Source: an uncultured Chloroflexia bacterium
GTDB lineage: Bacteria > Chloroflexota > Chloroflexia > QHBQ01 > JADMIH01
Direction of reading: 5' to 3'
Length of the DNA: 64,000 bases
Assembly: GCA_963797095.1 (NCBI GenBank)
Contig: CAWCNY010000006.1
Span: 672,001-736,000, forward strand
The notes below the pieces were generated by a model. The model worked only from the letters and a program-made list of their open reading frames with translations. It ran no database searches and was not told the origin of the DNA. Positions within the stretch are counted from its first letter, which is position 1. Each line of letters begins with the position of its first letter. The position numbers were made by a program, and so were the translations under genes. Of this stretch, positions 9,179 to 18,247 are shown piece by piece.

Positions 9179-11367
9179 ACTCCCCTACCAGACGTTCCTT
9201 CCCGCTCCTTTATGTGATCCTGGTGCTTATGTTCATCCTGCTGGTCGCCCAGCTATTCAATATGCAGCTACTCCAGGGCGCCAAGTACCAGACCTCGGCG
9301 GTCCAGAACCGAGAGCGCACGGTCACTACTAACGCCATTCGGGGCATTATCTACGACCGCACAGGGCAAAAACTGGTGGTCAATAACCCATCCTATTCTA
9401 TAGCAGTCACGCCATCCGACCTGCCCGACATCAACTGCGGCGCGGGACAATTGGAAGGCTCGGCGGTCTTCCCCAAACTGGCCGCGACCCTCGCTACCAG
9501 CGATGTGATAGCCCTCAAACCGAACGACTTGCCCTCAGACAAGATGGTGGAGGTGGCAAATCGCCTTTCAGTGCCTTTGCAGGTAAACAAAAACATCCTT
9601 CTTACCTCGATGCAGGATGTCAAGAGCAAGTGGCCGGACAGTACGCGTCTTTTCCTGGTGCGCAGTGATGTATCGGCTGAAGCAAGCAGCCAGCTAAGAG
9701 ATGAACTTGATAATCTGCCGGGTATTCATATCTACAATATGCTGGAATACAATTTCCTCACCCGCTATGCCAGTTGCCTTGAACCTATCATCGTCAAGCG
9801 CGGTGTAGACTACTCAACCAGCCTGAAAACCGAGGTTTCTAAGCTGACAGGTGTGAGCGTCATACCTGAGGCGGTGCGCGTCTACCCGGACAGCACATAC
9901 TTTTCGCATCTGCTTGGCTACATGGGGCCGATTTCCCGCGATGACTACGAGGCGAATAAAGGCCTCTACTCCCCTGATGACAAAGTGGGGCAGGTGGGGC
10001 TTGAGGCTTCGCTCGAAGATCAATTGCGCGGGCAAAGAGGCGAGTCTCGCTATACGGTCAACTCCCAGGAGCAGATAGTAGAGCAAATAGCCGCCCGCCC
10101 GCCGATCACCGGCAACAACGTGTCACTTACAATCGATGCAGCCCTACAGATCAGCGTCACCCAGGCCCTCCAGGAAGGTCTTGAAGAAGCTAAGGTCAAT
10201 GCAGGGGTGGCAATCGTCATGCGCGTCACCGACGGTCAGATACTGTCGATGGTCTCCCTTCCCTCCTACGACAACAACCTCTTCTCGGCGGGTATATCAC
10301 AATCGGCGTTCGATTCTCTCAATACAGACCCCAATCTACCGATGTTCGACCGCGCCATTGGCGGTGCATATCCGCCCGGCTCGACCTACAAGATGATCAC
10401 GGCTTCGGCGGCCTTGCAGGAGAACGTAGTAACGCCCGATACCACCGTTTTGTGCCCCGGCTACATCGAGGTGCCTTACACAAACAACGAGAACCAGCGC
10501 ACAGCCTTCCGTGATTGGCGTCCTCAGGGCCATGGTAATCTAAACATAATCCAGGCTCTCTCCGAATCGAGCGATACCTTCTTCTACATAATGGCCGGGC
10601 CGCATGAGGAAGATCGCGTAATCCATAACGACGACGGCACAGACACTATTTTCTATACGCGCTACTACAATCCCGGTTCGAGGACACCCATTGAGTTCAA
10701 CGGGTTGGGCATTGAGAAACTGCACCAGTATGCAGAGGCGTTTGGCCTGGGGCAACGCACCGGCGTAGAACTGCCGGGCGAGGTGCCGGGTATCGCGCCC
10801 GACCGCGCCTGGAAACAGACCGCCACCCCCGACAATCCCTGGTCCCTCGGCGACACTCTGTTCACCGCTATAGGCCAGGGCGATAACCTAGTTACCCCCC
10901 TGCAATTGGTGAACGTCACGGCGGTAGTCGCAAACGGCGGCACGCTTTACCAGCCTCAGTTAGTGCTTAACGTGACCGACCCATCGGGCAAAATAGTTCA
11001 GGGTTATCAGCCCAAAGTGATCCGGCAGGTGCCTGTCTCACCCCAGAATCTGGCGATAGTCCGCGAAGGTATGCATCAGGCGGTGTCCGACCCGGTAAAA
11101 GGCACGGCTTCCAACCACATCACCCTCAAGAGCATACAGTGGGCAGGCAAGACAGGCACAGCAGAATTTGGCGAACCGATAGCGGTCAAGGATGGCAAGG
11201 AGGTGCGTCGCGCCCACGCATGGTTCACCGCCTTCGCCCCCTACGACAAGCCTGAGATAGCAGTAGTAGTTCTCCTGGAAGGCGGCCAGGAAAGCCTGGA
11301 AGGTTCAACATTTGCCGTCCCCGTCGCCGACGAAATCCTGAAGGCGTACTTTCACACGGACAAGTAG
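9172..11367 (+). CDS. mrdA: penicillin-binding protein 2 (class B)
   Basis: RG.IYDR.G, G..GLE, YPPGSTYK, S.D motif, GKTGTAE, HAWF..FAP. Confidence 0.95.
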   Translation: MVNSPTRRSFPLLYVILVLMFILLVAQLFNMQLLQGAKYQTSAVQNRERTVTTNAIRGIIYDRTGQKLVVNNPSYSIAVTPSDLPDINCGAGQLEGSAVFPKLAATLATSDVIALKPNDLPSDKMVEVANRLSVPLQVNKNILLTSMQDVKSKWPDSTRLFLVRSDVSAEASSQLRDELDNLPGIHIYNMLEYNFLTRYASCLEPIIVKRGVDYSTSLKTEVSKLTGVSVIPEAVRVYPDSTYFSHLLGYMGPISRDDYEANKGLYSPDDKVGQVGLEASLEDQLRGQRGESRYTVNSQEQIVEQIAARPPITGNNVSLTIDAALQISVTQALQEGLEEAKVNAGVAIVMRVTDGQILSMVSLPSYDNNLFSAGISQSAFDSLNTDPNLPMFDRAIGGAYPPGSTYKMITASAALQENVVTPDTTVLCPGYIEVPYTNNENQRTAFRDWRPQGHGNLNIIQALSESSDTFFYIMAGPHEEDRVIHNDDGTDTIFYTRYYNPGSRTPIEFNGLGIEKLHQYAEAFGLGQRTGVELPGEVPGIAPDRAWKQTATPDNPWSLGDTLFTAIGQGDNLVTPLQLVNVTAVVANGGTLYQPQLVLNVTDPSGKIVQGYQPKVIRQVPVSPQNLAIVREGMHQAVSDPVKGTASNHITLKSIQWAGKTGTAEFGEPIAVKDGKEVRRAHAWFTAFAPYDKPEIAVVVLLEGGQESLEGSTFAVPVADEILKAYFHTDK

Positions 11368-11369
11368 CA

Positions 11370-11476
11370 CGTGACGAGTGACGAGTGACGAGTGACGAGT
11401 TGCGCAAAGGTGGATTACTGAATCTGCCTTGCACAAAGCGAATACAATAATCACGTATCACTCGTCACTCGTCACG
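11370..11476. repeat. inverted heptamer arms, GTGACGA/TCGTCAC family
   Basis: (gtgacga)x4 at 11371-11398 and tcactcgtcactcgtcac at 11458-11475. Confidence 0.85.
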
Positions 11477-11487
11477 GAGGAAACCCT

Positions 11488-12303
11488 TTGCAAGTATCCG
11501 AGCCTGTGATCATCAAAGGTGTGCGCGATGGGCTGCTGCTCATCATTGATGATGATGTGCCTTTCGCGCAGGTACTGACAGATCTTGTGGCGCGTATCAA
11601 AGCCCAACCCAGCTTCTTCCAGGGCGCGACCGTGACCCTGAATATGGGCCGGCGCGTGTTCGATGCGCCGGAATTTGACATCCTCTACCGGATGCTGACG
11701 CGCAGCGGTATGAAAGTGGCATCCGTGGTGAGCCAATCTGCGCAGAGTAGAATGGTTGTAGAGAACTTCGGAGTCGGTAGAATGGTTGTAGAGAACTTCG
11801 GAGTCGGTAGCCGCCCTCCATCCTATTCAGCAGGCGACTCGGTCGTTGGCCCGGGCCTGAAAGGGCGAGGTTCCCAGCCCGGCGCACTCTCCCCTGGGGG
11901 CCTCGCCTGGCCTGAAGGAGCCGATCCCGCGCAGGGTTGGGAAGATGTGGTCGAGGCGGGTGTGGGGCTTTTTCTGCGCTGCTCCTTGCGCCCCGGTCAG
12001 TCTGTGCGTTACGGTGGCGACGTGTGCATAATGGGCGATGTCGAGACCGGCGCAGAGGTGGTTGCCGAAGGCGATGTAATAGTGTGGGGCACTCTGAAAG
12101 GGATAGCGCACGCGGGCGTAGGAGGCGACGATGAGGCGGTCGTGTGCGCCCTCAGAATGAACCCCACCCAGTTGGGCATAGCCGGGATCCTGGCACGCTT
12201 CCCCACTACCACCACCGGCTACCTGTACGACACGCAGCCCCCTGAAATGGCCCGGCTCGATGGCGGCAGGATCGTTGTCGAGGCCTGGAGGCCGGAGCTT
12301 TAG
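11488..12303 (+). CDS. minC: septum site-determining protein MinC
   Basis: IKGVRDGL N-terminus; LRPGQ.V, GDV..GAEV.A.GD..VWG.L.G.AHAG..GD beta-helix; TTG start after GGAGG. Confidence 0.9.
   Translation: MQVSEPVIIKGVRDGLLLIIDDDVPFAQVLTDLVARIKAQPSFFQGATVTLNMGRRVFDAPEFDILYRMLTRSGMKVASVVSQSAQSRMVVENFGVGRMVVENFGVGSRPPSYSAGDSVVGPGLKGRGSQPGALSPGGLAWPEGADPAQGWEDVVEAGVGLFLRCSLRPGQSVRYGGDVCIMGDVETGAEVVAEGDVIVWGTLKGIAHAGVGGDDEAVVCALRMNPTQLGIAGILARFPTTTTGYLYDTQPPEMARLDGGRIVVEAWRPEL
11747..11810 (+). repeat. exact in-frame 30-bp tandem duplication in minC
   Basis: gtagaatggttgtagagaacttcggagtcg x2 followed by gtag; duplicates RMVVENFGVG. Confidence 0.95.
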
Positions 12304-12524
12304 GCCGCTCTTTCTCCAGGCTCGGCGCGGCCAACCCAGAAGTGGTTGGGTCGTACGTAAGAAACTACCTTCACTTCCAGCCCATCATAATTGGTCATAT
12401 CTGCCTGGTTCAGCAGACACAAATTGGGGTTCTCGCCGAACTTGGCGACATATCTCTCTATGGCTTCTTCAATCTTCGTCTTGGCTGTCTTCTTGCGGTC
12501 ATCATCAAACCATCCCAAAAACAT
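12300..12524 (-). CDS. small hypothetical protein (74 aa)
   Basis: Globular-looking ORF with GGAGG RBS and its own promoter; overlaps the minC stop by 4 nt. Confidence 0.8.
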   Translation of the reverse strand: MFLGWFDDDRKKTAKTKIEEAIERYVAKFGENPNLCLLNQADMTNYDGLEVKVVSYVRPNHFWVGRAEPGERAA

Positions 12525-12569
12525 CGCTGTTACCTCCGCTCTTGATCTCCATAAATCTCGTCTGTTCTT

Positions 12570-12583
12570 AGAACTCCTGTTCT
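12570..12583. promoter_or_regulatory. LexA/SOS-type box AGAAC-N4-GTTCT
   Basis: agaac tcct gttct, immediately downstream of the minus-strand -10 element. Confidence 0.65.
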
Positions 12584-12584
12584 G

Positions 12585-12613
12585 ATTTTATCACTCCTGG
12601 TGCCTGTTGTCAA
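12585..12613 (-). promoter_or_regulatory. sigma70-type promoter for the 74-aa gene
   Basis: Minus strand TTGACA-N17-TAAAAT with extended -10 TG. Confidence 0.7.
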
Positions 12614-12788
12614 TACACTTTTCCACACCACCGATCCTCAAACTAAGGCTAAAACAACGCTCCTTTCTGCTGGTTCTCATTTCAGATAGCGTGTTCTCCG
12701 TTGGCGGGTTAGGTGCCAATCTGTTATGCTATCAACGTCCCGGACGCGGGACCTATTTGTCACATCCCCATTCCGATTTGGAGAATAA

Positions 12789-13541
12789 ATGAGTCGGGCA
12801 AGTCAGCTTTACGACCTACAAGAGATCGATTCCGGCCTTGATAGCCGCGTGGCTCGCATGCGTCAGATTGATAACGATATGATCGACAGCGAGGCGCTGG
12901 TTGCGGCGCGCGCCCGGAGAGAGGAGGCGGCGGTCACCCTGGCGCGAGACCAGGCCGATCTTAAGCGCCTGTCGCATGAAGTCGATGAGACGAGTGCTCG
13001 TCTCAAGACCCTTGAGCGCAAGATGTACGATGGCTCGGTGAAGAACCCCAAAGAGCTTGCGCAGATGGGAGAGGAAGTGTCCCACTTGAAGGCGCGTCTC
13101 AAGGACCTAGAGGATAGCACACTCGATGCTATGCTTGCAACTGAGGCCTCGGAAGAAGCCAAAGCCGAAGCCCAGCAGAGCTACGACAACGCCATGAAGG
13201 AACATGAGCTTTATCATGCCGGCCTGATCGAGGAGAAAGACAAGCTGCTGAGCCAGGCAAAGGTGCTCCAGGTCAAGCGCCAGCGCGCCATTAGCGATCT
13301 GCCCTGGGCAGACCTGCAAGCCTACGAGCGGTTGCGCAGGGCCAAAGGGGGTGTGGCGGTGGCGGCTGCGCGGGGCGCGATTTGCGGAGGTTGCCATTCC
13401 ACCATCCCCGTCAACATCATGCGCCAGGCGCGCATGCCGTCCGAGCTAACCCCCTGTCCGACCTGTGGCCGCATCCTCTATCCGCTGGGCGAAGTGAAGT
13501 ATGAAGAATTCAACCACGATCTCGATAACGTGGATAAGTGA
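12789..13541 (+). CDS. coiled-coil protein with C-terminal C4 zinc ribbon (DUF164/CT398-like)
   Basis: L..LQ.ID N-terminus, long coiled coil, YERLR..KGG.AVA, CGGC...CPTCGRIL. Confidence 0.85.
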   Translation: MSRASQLYDLQEIDSGLDSRVARMRQIDNDMIDSEALVAARARREEAAVTLARDQADLKRLSHEVDETSARLKTLERKMYDGSVKNPKELAQMGEEVSHLKARLKDLEDSTLDAMLATEASEEAKAEAQQSYDNAMKEHELYHAGLIEEKDKLLSQAKVLQVKRQRAISDLPWADLQAYERLRRAKGGVAVAAARGAICGGCHSTIPVNIMRQARMPSELTPCPTCGRILYPLGEVKYEEFNHDLDNVDK

Positions 13542-13592
13542 TATTGCCCGCCCGGCGCATTCACCACAGAAGCATCAACTACAAGCATACCA

Positions 13593-15116
13593 GTGATGAG
13601 GAACCCCGTGTTACTGATAGCCATATCCGCCGGTAAGGTATCGGCCCTGGCTACGCGCCTTCTGGGGCGGGGTGGGGGCACGGCCCTCCCAGGTTTGGTA
13701 GCCCAAACCGTCTACCCCGGCGTATTGCGCGACATCACCCGCCAACTTCCCGCAGGCTCGGTGATGGTGAGCGGCACCAACGGCAAGACCACTACCAGCC
13801 GCATGATCGGCTCGATCCTGGAGGCTGCGGGCCTTGCCCCTCTCCATAACCGTTCAGGCTCCAACCTGGAGCGCGGCCTTATCTCGGCCCTGGTAGAGGC
13901 GGCTTCACCCGGCGGTGGCCTCCCGCGTCGCTACCGTTCGGGCCTGTTCGAAGTGGACGAAGCCGCTATGCCCGCCGTGCTGGCTGCGCTCAGGCCCAGG
14001 GTGCTCCTGCTCAACAATCTCTTTCGCGACCAACTCGACAGATATGGAGAGCTTGACACCATATATAGCAAGTGGCGCGCCGCTCTTCACCGGCTTGGTC
14101 CCTCTTCTACCCTTGTGCTCAACGCCGATGATCCAGCAATCGCAGCCCTCACACTATCTCCTAACCTCCGCGCAAGCATCTTGACCTTCGGAGTAGAAGA
14201 CCGTCGCTACGACCTGGGTGCCTTGCCCCACGCCTCCGACTCGATCTCTTGCCCGCGATGCAATAGCCGCCTCCAGTACAGCATGGTGCTCCTCTCGCAC
14301 CTGGGGCATTGGGCGTGTCCCAACTGCGGCCTCGCCCGCCCCCATCCCGATATATCTGCCTTCCATGTCCAATTGAACGGGACCGACAGCAGCGACCTGC
14401 TCCTGAGCACGCCACACGGCGACCTGGAGATCAACCTGCGAGTACCCGGCCTCTATAACGTCTACAACGCGCTGGCAGCGGTCTCTGCGACTCTTGCCTT
14501 TGGCGTGTCCCTCGCCCATATCAAGGGCGGGCTAGAGAGCTTTACCGCCGCCTTTGGCCGCATCGAGCGTGTACCGATCCCAGGCGAAGGCAACCGGAAC
14601 CTGCTGATGGCGCTGGTCAAGAATCCAGTAGGCTTTAACGAAGTGATTAGAATGCTGTTCCCTTTGGACGACGAAGGACGAACGACGAACGACGAACGAT
14701 ACCAGGCGGATGGTGAACAAGCAATTGAACATAATCCAAGATCCAAAATCCAAAATCCAAAATCGAGTGCCCGCCACCTGCTGATCATCATCAACGACCT
14801 TATCGCCGATAGCCGCGACGTTTCATGGCTGTGGGACGTGGACTTCGAGACTTTAGCGACCGCGCCGCAGGGCGTAGCTCGCGTAGACGTGTCCGGCATC
14901 CGCGCAGGTGATATGGCAGTGCGTCTCAAGTACGCAGGTGTGGATATGCCTCTTATCCACTCCACCAAACCCCTTGACGATGCCCTGGATGCCGCAGTTG
15001 CCAATCTACCCAAAAACAGCACGCTTTACGTTCTGCCCACCTACACGGCAATGCTAGAGTTCCGCAAGATGCTGCACGACCGAGGTTGGGTAGACACGCA
15101 ATTCTGGGAGGATTGA
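13593..15116 (+). CDS. murT: lipid II isoglutaminyl synthase subunit MurT (Mur ligase + DUF1727)
   Basis: GGT.LPG, GTNGKTTT, EVDEA, NLFRDQLDRYGE, CP.C/CP.CG zinc finger, LVKNP.G, D.SWLWDVDFE, PTYTAM; adjacent gatD. Confidence 0.92.
   Translation: MMRNPVLLIAISAGKVSALATRLLGRGGGTALPGLVAQTVYPGVLRDITRQLPAGSVMVSGTNGKTTTSRMIGSILEAAGLAPLHNRSGSNLERGLISALVEAASPGGGLPRRYRSGLFEVDEAAMPAVLAALRPRVLLLNNLFRDQLDRYGELDTIYSKWRAALHRLGPSSTLVLNADDPAIAALTLSPNLRASILTFGVEDRRYDLGALPHASDSISCPRCNSRLQYSMVLLSHLGHWACPNCGLARPHPDISAFHVQLNGTDSSDLLLSTPHGDLEINLRVPGLYNVYNALAAVSATLAFGVSLAHIKGGLESFTAAFGRIERVPIPGEGNRNLLMALVKNPVGFNEVIRMLFPLDDEGRTTNDERYQADGEQAIEHNPRSKIQNPKSSARHLLIIINDLIADSRDVSWLWDVDFETLATAPQGVARVDVSGIRAGDMAVRLKYAGVDMPLIHSTKPLDDALDAAVANLPKNSTLYVLPTYTAMLEFRKMLHDRGWVDTQFWED
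14667..14765. repeat. heptamer arrays inserted in frame in murT
   Basis: gacgaag gacgaac gacgaac gacgaac ... atccaag atccaaa atccaaa atccaaa atc; encodes DDEGRTTNDER...NPRSKIQNPKS. Confidence 0.85.
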
Positions 15117-15118
15117 GA

Positions 15119-15192
15119 AGTCGGTAGTCGGTAGTCAGAAGTCACCAACCAGGAACCGGGAACCATAATCCGACTACCGACTACCGACTACC
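15119..15192. repeat. inverted heptamer arms, CGGTAGT/ACTACCG family
   Basis: agtcggt agtcggt agtc ... cgactac cgactac cgactac c. Confidence 0.85.
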
Positions 15193-15205
15193 AGGAGACA
15201 CAAAT

Positions 15206-15940
15206 ATGGACCTGAGAATAGCCTTCCTCTATCCGGAACTGATGAACATCTACGGCGACAGGGGCAACATCCTCGCCCTGAGCAGGCGTGCCCAATGGCG
15301 CGGCATTGACGTGCTCGTGGACAACGTGAGCATCGGCGACCGTATCGATCCCGACTACTACGACTTCTATTTCTTCGGCGGCGGCCAGGACAAGCAGCAG
15401 ATCGCCGTCTCACATGACCTTCAAGGGCGAAAAGGCGAGGCCATCAAGGAGGAGGTTGAGCGCGGGGCGGTTATCCTGAGCATCTGCGGAGGCTACCAGT
15501 TGCTTGGTCATTACTACCGCCCCTTCGACGCCGACGACCTGCCCGGCATCGGCCTGTTTGATGCCCACACCGACGCCGGGAGCAAGCGCTACATCGGAAA
15601 CGTGCTGGTGCAGCCAGACCTGCCCGGCGTCGGCACAATCGTAGCATTCGAGAACCATTCCGGGTGCACATTCCTGCACGAAGGTTGCAGGTCGTTCGGC
15701 AAGTCGATTATCGGTGGAGGCAACAACGGCCAGGATGGCACAGCAGGTGCGATCTACAAGCGCGCCTACGGGTGCTACCTCCACGGCTCGCTTCTACCCA
15801 AAAACCCCCAACTGGCCGACCTTCTGCTGGCCCAGGCCCTGGAGCGCAGGCACGGCCCCGTCGAACTGGCTCCACTTGATGACAGCCTGGAGAGCATGGC
15901 CCATAGCAACGCCTCGGAGCGTGCCCGCACCACGCACTAG
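15206..15940 (+). CDS. gatD: lipid II isoglutaminyl synthase glutaminase subunit GatD
   Basis: LYPELMNIYGDRGN, GGGQD, ICGGYQLLG, FENHSG, YLHGSLLPKNP. Confidence 0.93.
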   Translation: MDLRIAFLYPELMNIYGDRGNILALSRRAQWRGIDVLVDNVSIGDRIDPDYYDFYFFGGGQDKQQIAVSHDLQGRKGEAIKEEVERGAVILSICGGYQLLGHYYRPFDADDLPGIGLFDAHTDAGSKRYIGNVLVQPDLPGVGTIVAFENHSGCTFLHEGCRSFGKSIIGGGNNGQDGTAGAIYKRAYGCYLHGSLLPKNPQLADLLLAQALERRHGPVELAPLDDSLESMAHSNASERARTTH

Positions 15941-15941
15941 G

Positions 15942-17072
15942 TCAGGTATCCTCGAACTCCACCGCAACCTGGGTACTCAAGAAAGCACTCAACCGCTCTG
16001 CTTCGGCTTCAATGCCCGCTCGGATTGCAGCCGCCGGTGCTGAGAACATGCGAACCTTGACGACGGTTTTCGAACCTTTGCTTTGATGTTCCCAGACCCC
16101 TTTTATGCGCCCATCAACCAGTACGGCAGCGGTGATCCAACCCTGTGGGCGAAAGACCCTGATCTTGTGCCCCCTGGGCAGTAACTGCTCTACATCGCGC
16201 CCAAGCCCCAACACATACGCATCGAACAACGGCAGCAGTCGTACAACTCCGGTTGCTTCGAACTCTTGCATTGGCTCAAGAGTCGCACGCAGAGCCACAC
16301 CCTGCCAACCCTCTACATCGACTGTTTCCAACTCGTTTTCTAATGACTGAAATAGCTTTCTGGCAGCGACGCGCCCTATGTCTCCCCACCAGAGAACGAA
16401 GTCCTGCACCTTGGCCGGGCCGTATGATCTGAGATAATGGCGGGCCACCTCTTGCAGCGCCGTGTGAGGCTCCATCGATTCCCGCTCTCCGAGCCACTTG
16501 CGTGGGTTAACGAAGGTAACGTTGCGGCCTTGATTCGGCCCGAAACAAAGGTCGCCCCGCCAGGCCGAAGGTTTCCACAGCGAACCCCAGCTTGATGCCA
16601 GCAACATCTTTCCCACTTCCGGAGCGCCGATATGCTCTGCCAACGAGGTCGCGAGCAACTCGCGGGTCATTGGTTCGCCGCCGAGCACCTGGGGCACCGC
16701 CGCAATGAAGTCTTTGTATTGCTCGGGTGTAAGGCCGAAGTAGGTGAAATACTTCAGCCAGTTGCGCCCCTCATACGTGCTACGCGCCGCTACGTACAGA
16801 GGTAATTCGTCGGCAGAGAGCAGATGTAAGGTGGCACGCATCGCCCAGGTCTTGACAAGGGTGCGATCCTGCCAGAGCGCGGATTGCACATCCTCACGAG
16901 AAAGCCCGTCCACGCGCGCCCACAACGCCAGCTCGGCTGCCGACATCAGCTGGGCCTGGATACCGCCGGTGCGTGTCACCCCTTTGACGAAGTCCTTGCG
17001 CTCCAATCGCGGCTGCAAGCAATGTTGCGCCAATCGCCAGGCATTAACTTGCTGCCATTTCAATGATCTCAC
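15942..17072 (-). CDS. winged-helix DNA glycosylase-like protein (AlkZ/YcaQ, HTH_42)
   Basis: QAQ motif, L.LWAR, W.MR.TLH, YL.SYGPA...DF..W.G, LLP.FD.Y, VLVDGR..G.W; GTG start at 17072 estimated. Confidence 0.85.
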   Translation of the reverse strand: MRSLKWQQVNAWRLAQHCLQPRLERKDFVKGVTRTGGIQAQLMSAAELALWARVDGLSREDVQSALWQDRTLVKTWAMRATLHLLSADELPLYVAARSTYEGRNWLKYFTYFGLTPEQYKDFIAAVPQVLGGEPMTRELLATSLAEHIGAPEVGKMLLASSWGSLWKPSAWRGDLCFGPNQGRNVTFVNPRKWLGERESMEPHTALQEVARHYLRSYGPAKVQDFVLWWGDIGRVAARKLFQSLENELETVDVEGWQGVALRATLEPMQEFEATGVVRLLPLFDAYVLGLGRDVEQLLPRGHKIRVFRPQGWITAAVLVDGRIKGVWEHQSKGSKTVVKVRMFSAPAAAIRAGIEAEAERLSAFLSTQVAVEFEDT

Positions 17073-17225
17073 AATCGGCCCCTCTTCTCTCTTCCGAATT
17101 ATCGGATGTGTTTGCGTCCCCATTTTACCAATTTTGCGGACAAACCTGATCCCAGGTTGCAAGGCACAGCCGGTGATCGAGATTTCCGCAGGTAGATGGG
17201 AGGATGATTTTACTTCCCCTCATTA

Positions 17226-17286
17226 ACTAATGGCATTGGTGGGACAAATCTGGACAGGTTTTGAGGTGTACTTAGGTATGGTTTTT
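17226..17286 (+). mobile_element. IS-end-like sequence, inverted copy at 27804-27865
   Basis: aatctggacaggttttgaggtgtactt (17247-17273) matches the reverse complement of 27817-27843 at 26/27; similarity extends to about 60 bp and includes TGGCA. Confidence 0.5.
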
Positions 17287-17374
17287 GGTGGTGCAGTAGA
17301 GGCACCCCTTGTGGGCAATGTTGTCGCATAAACCCACGAACATAGCCCAAGTGGGGGTATTGCTAACGGGTGTC

Positions 17375-17436
17375 CTGCCCCATTATCACCCAAAGCAAGT
17401 AGTCCCGAAGGGACCTGGTCTGGGTGGCATTCCATC
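17375..17436 (+). repeat. REP-like element, direct copy at 27618-27745
   Basis: ctgccccatta..cccaaagcaagtagtcccg.agggac and gggtggca.tccatc shared between the two spacers. Confidence 0.7.
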
Positions 17437-17504
17437 GGGTACTTACAAGGGGTACACTTTACAATTGGTTCTTCCTATGCTGGTGTTTTTATGCGACACC
17501 AATG

Positions 17505-17574
17505 CCCCAGGTGGGTGCCCCGTACGCCTGCCGCGATCTCACCCCAACAGGGCACCCACCTGGGGTGCCCCTAC
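17505..17574. repeat. GTAG-type REP inverted pair (REPIN-like)
   Basis: ccccaggtgggtgccc ... gggcacccacctggggtgcccctac; partial copy gtagaggcacccc at 17296. Confidence 0.7.
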
Positions 17575-17623
17575 TTCACGGGTTGTTTGCGTGCGGGCTG
17601 GAAGTTCACCTATGTGGAAATGC

Positions 17624-17710
17624 TTGCAAACCCCCCAAAACAGCCTATAATGAGGAAAAGTGTGGAAAAAGTGGCGAAAAGTGGGGAAATGTGGGGAGAA
17701 ATGTGGAAAA
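17624..17710 (+). promoter_or_regulatory. dcw promoter with MraZ-binding repeats
   Basis: TTGCAA-N16-TATAAT followed by GTGG at 17662, 17671, 17681, 17691 and 17703 (about 10-bp period), the known MraZ operator pattern. Confidence 0.8.
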
Positions 17711-17772
17711 CTCCCGACCCAACGACCGTGAGCAACGACCCAGATAAGCAATAGGCAGTAAGCAGCAACAAC

Positions 17773-18201
17773 ATGTTCCTCGGCAGATTCGAACATTCAG
17801 TGGACAACAAAGGGCGTGTAGCGGTGCCCGCGCGCTTCCGCGACCGCCTGTCCGGTGAACTGATCCTGACCAGGGGCAACGACCGGTGTCTTTATCTCTT
17901 TACCCAGGAGGCGTGGGAGCCTCTTGCCTCCAAGTTGAACGCGCTTCCCACCGGCGACTCCGATGCCCGCAACCTGCGCCGCGCCGTCTTCTCAGCCGCC
18001 GAGCCTGTGGAAATCGACAAGCAGGGCCGAATCATCATCCCCGACCACCTTCGCCAGTACGCCTCCATCTCAGGCGACGTATCAATTATAGGCCTCGGGA
18101 GCTACATAGAAATCTGGGATACCCAGTCGTGGCAGACCCTCGACAGCAATATCGAGCAGAACGTGGACGTTATCTCATCCCACCTGTCGGGGCAGTACTA
18201 A
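17773..18201 (+). CDS. mraZ: division/cell wall cluster repressor MraZ
   Basis: MFLG.FEH.VD.KGR..VP.RFR, D.QGRI.IP..LR, G....EIW. Confidence 0.96.
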   Translation: MFLGRFEHSVDNKGRVAVPARFRDRLSGELILTRGNDRCLYLFTQEAWEPLASKLNALPTGDSDARNLRRAVFSAAEPVEIDKQGRIIIPDHLRQYASISGDVSIIGLGSYIEIWDTQSWQTLDSNIEQNVDVISSHLSGQY

Positions 18202-18203
18202 TA

Positions 18204-18233
18204 GTGCGGAATTCGGAGTGCGGAGTGCGGAGT
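18204..18233 (+). repeat. heptamer arm, GTGCGGA family (no local partner)
   Basis: gtgcggaattcggagtgcggagtgcggagt. Confidence 0.8.
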
Positions 18234-18247
18234 AGATTGGGACGTAT

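Noticed and set aside
17662-17710. GTGG periodic repeats as a novel element
   Set aside because: Matches the established MraZ operator pattern upstream of mraZ.
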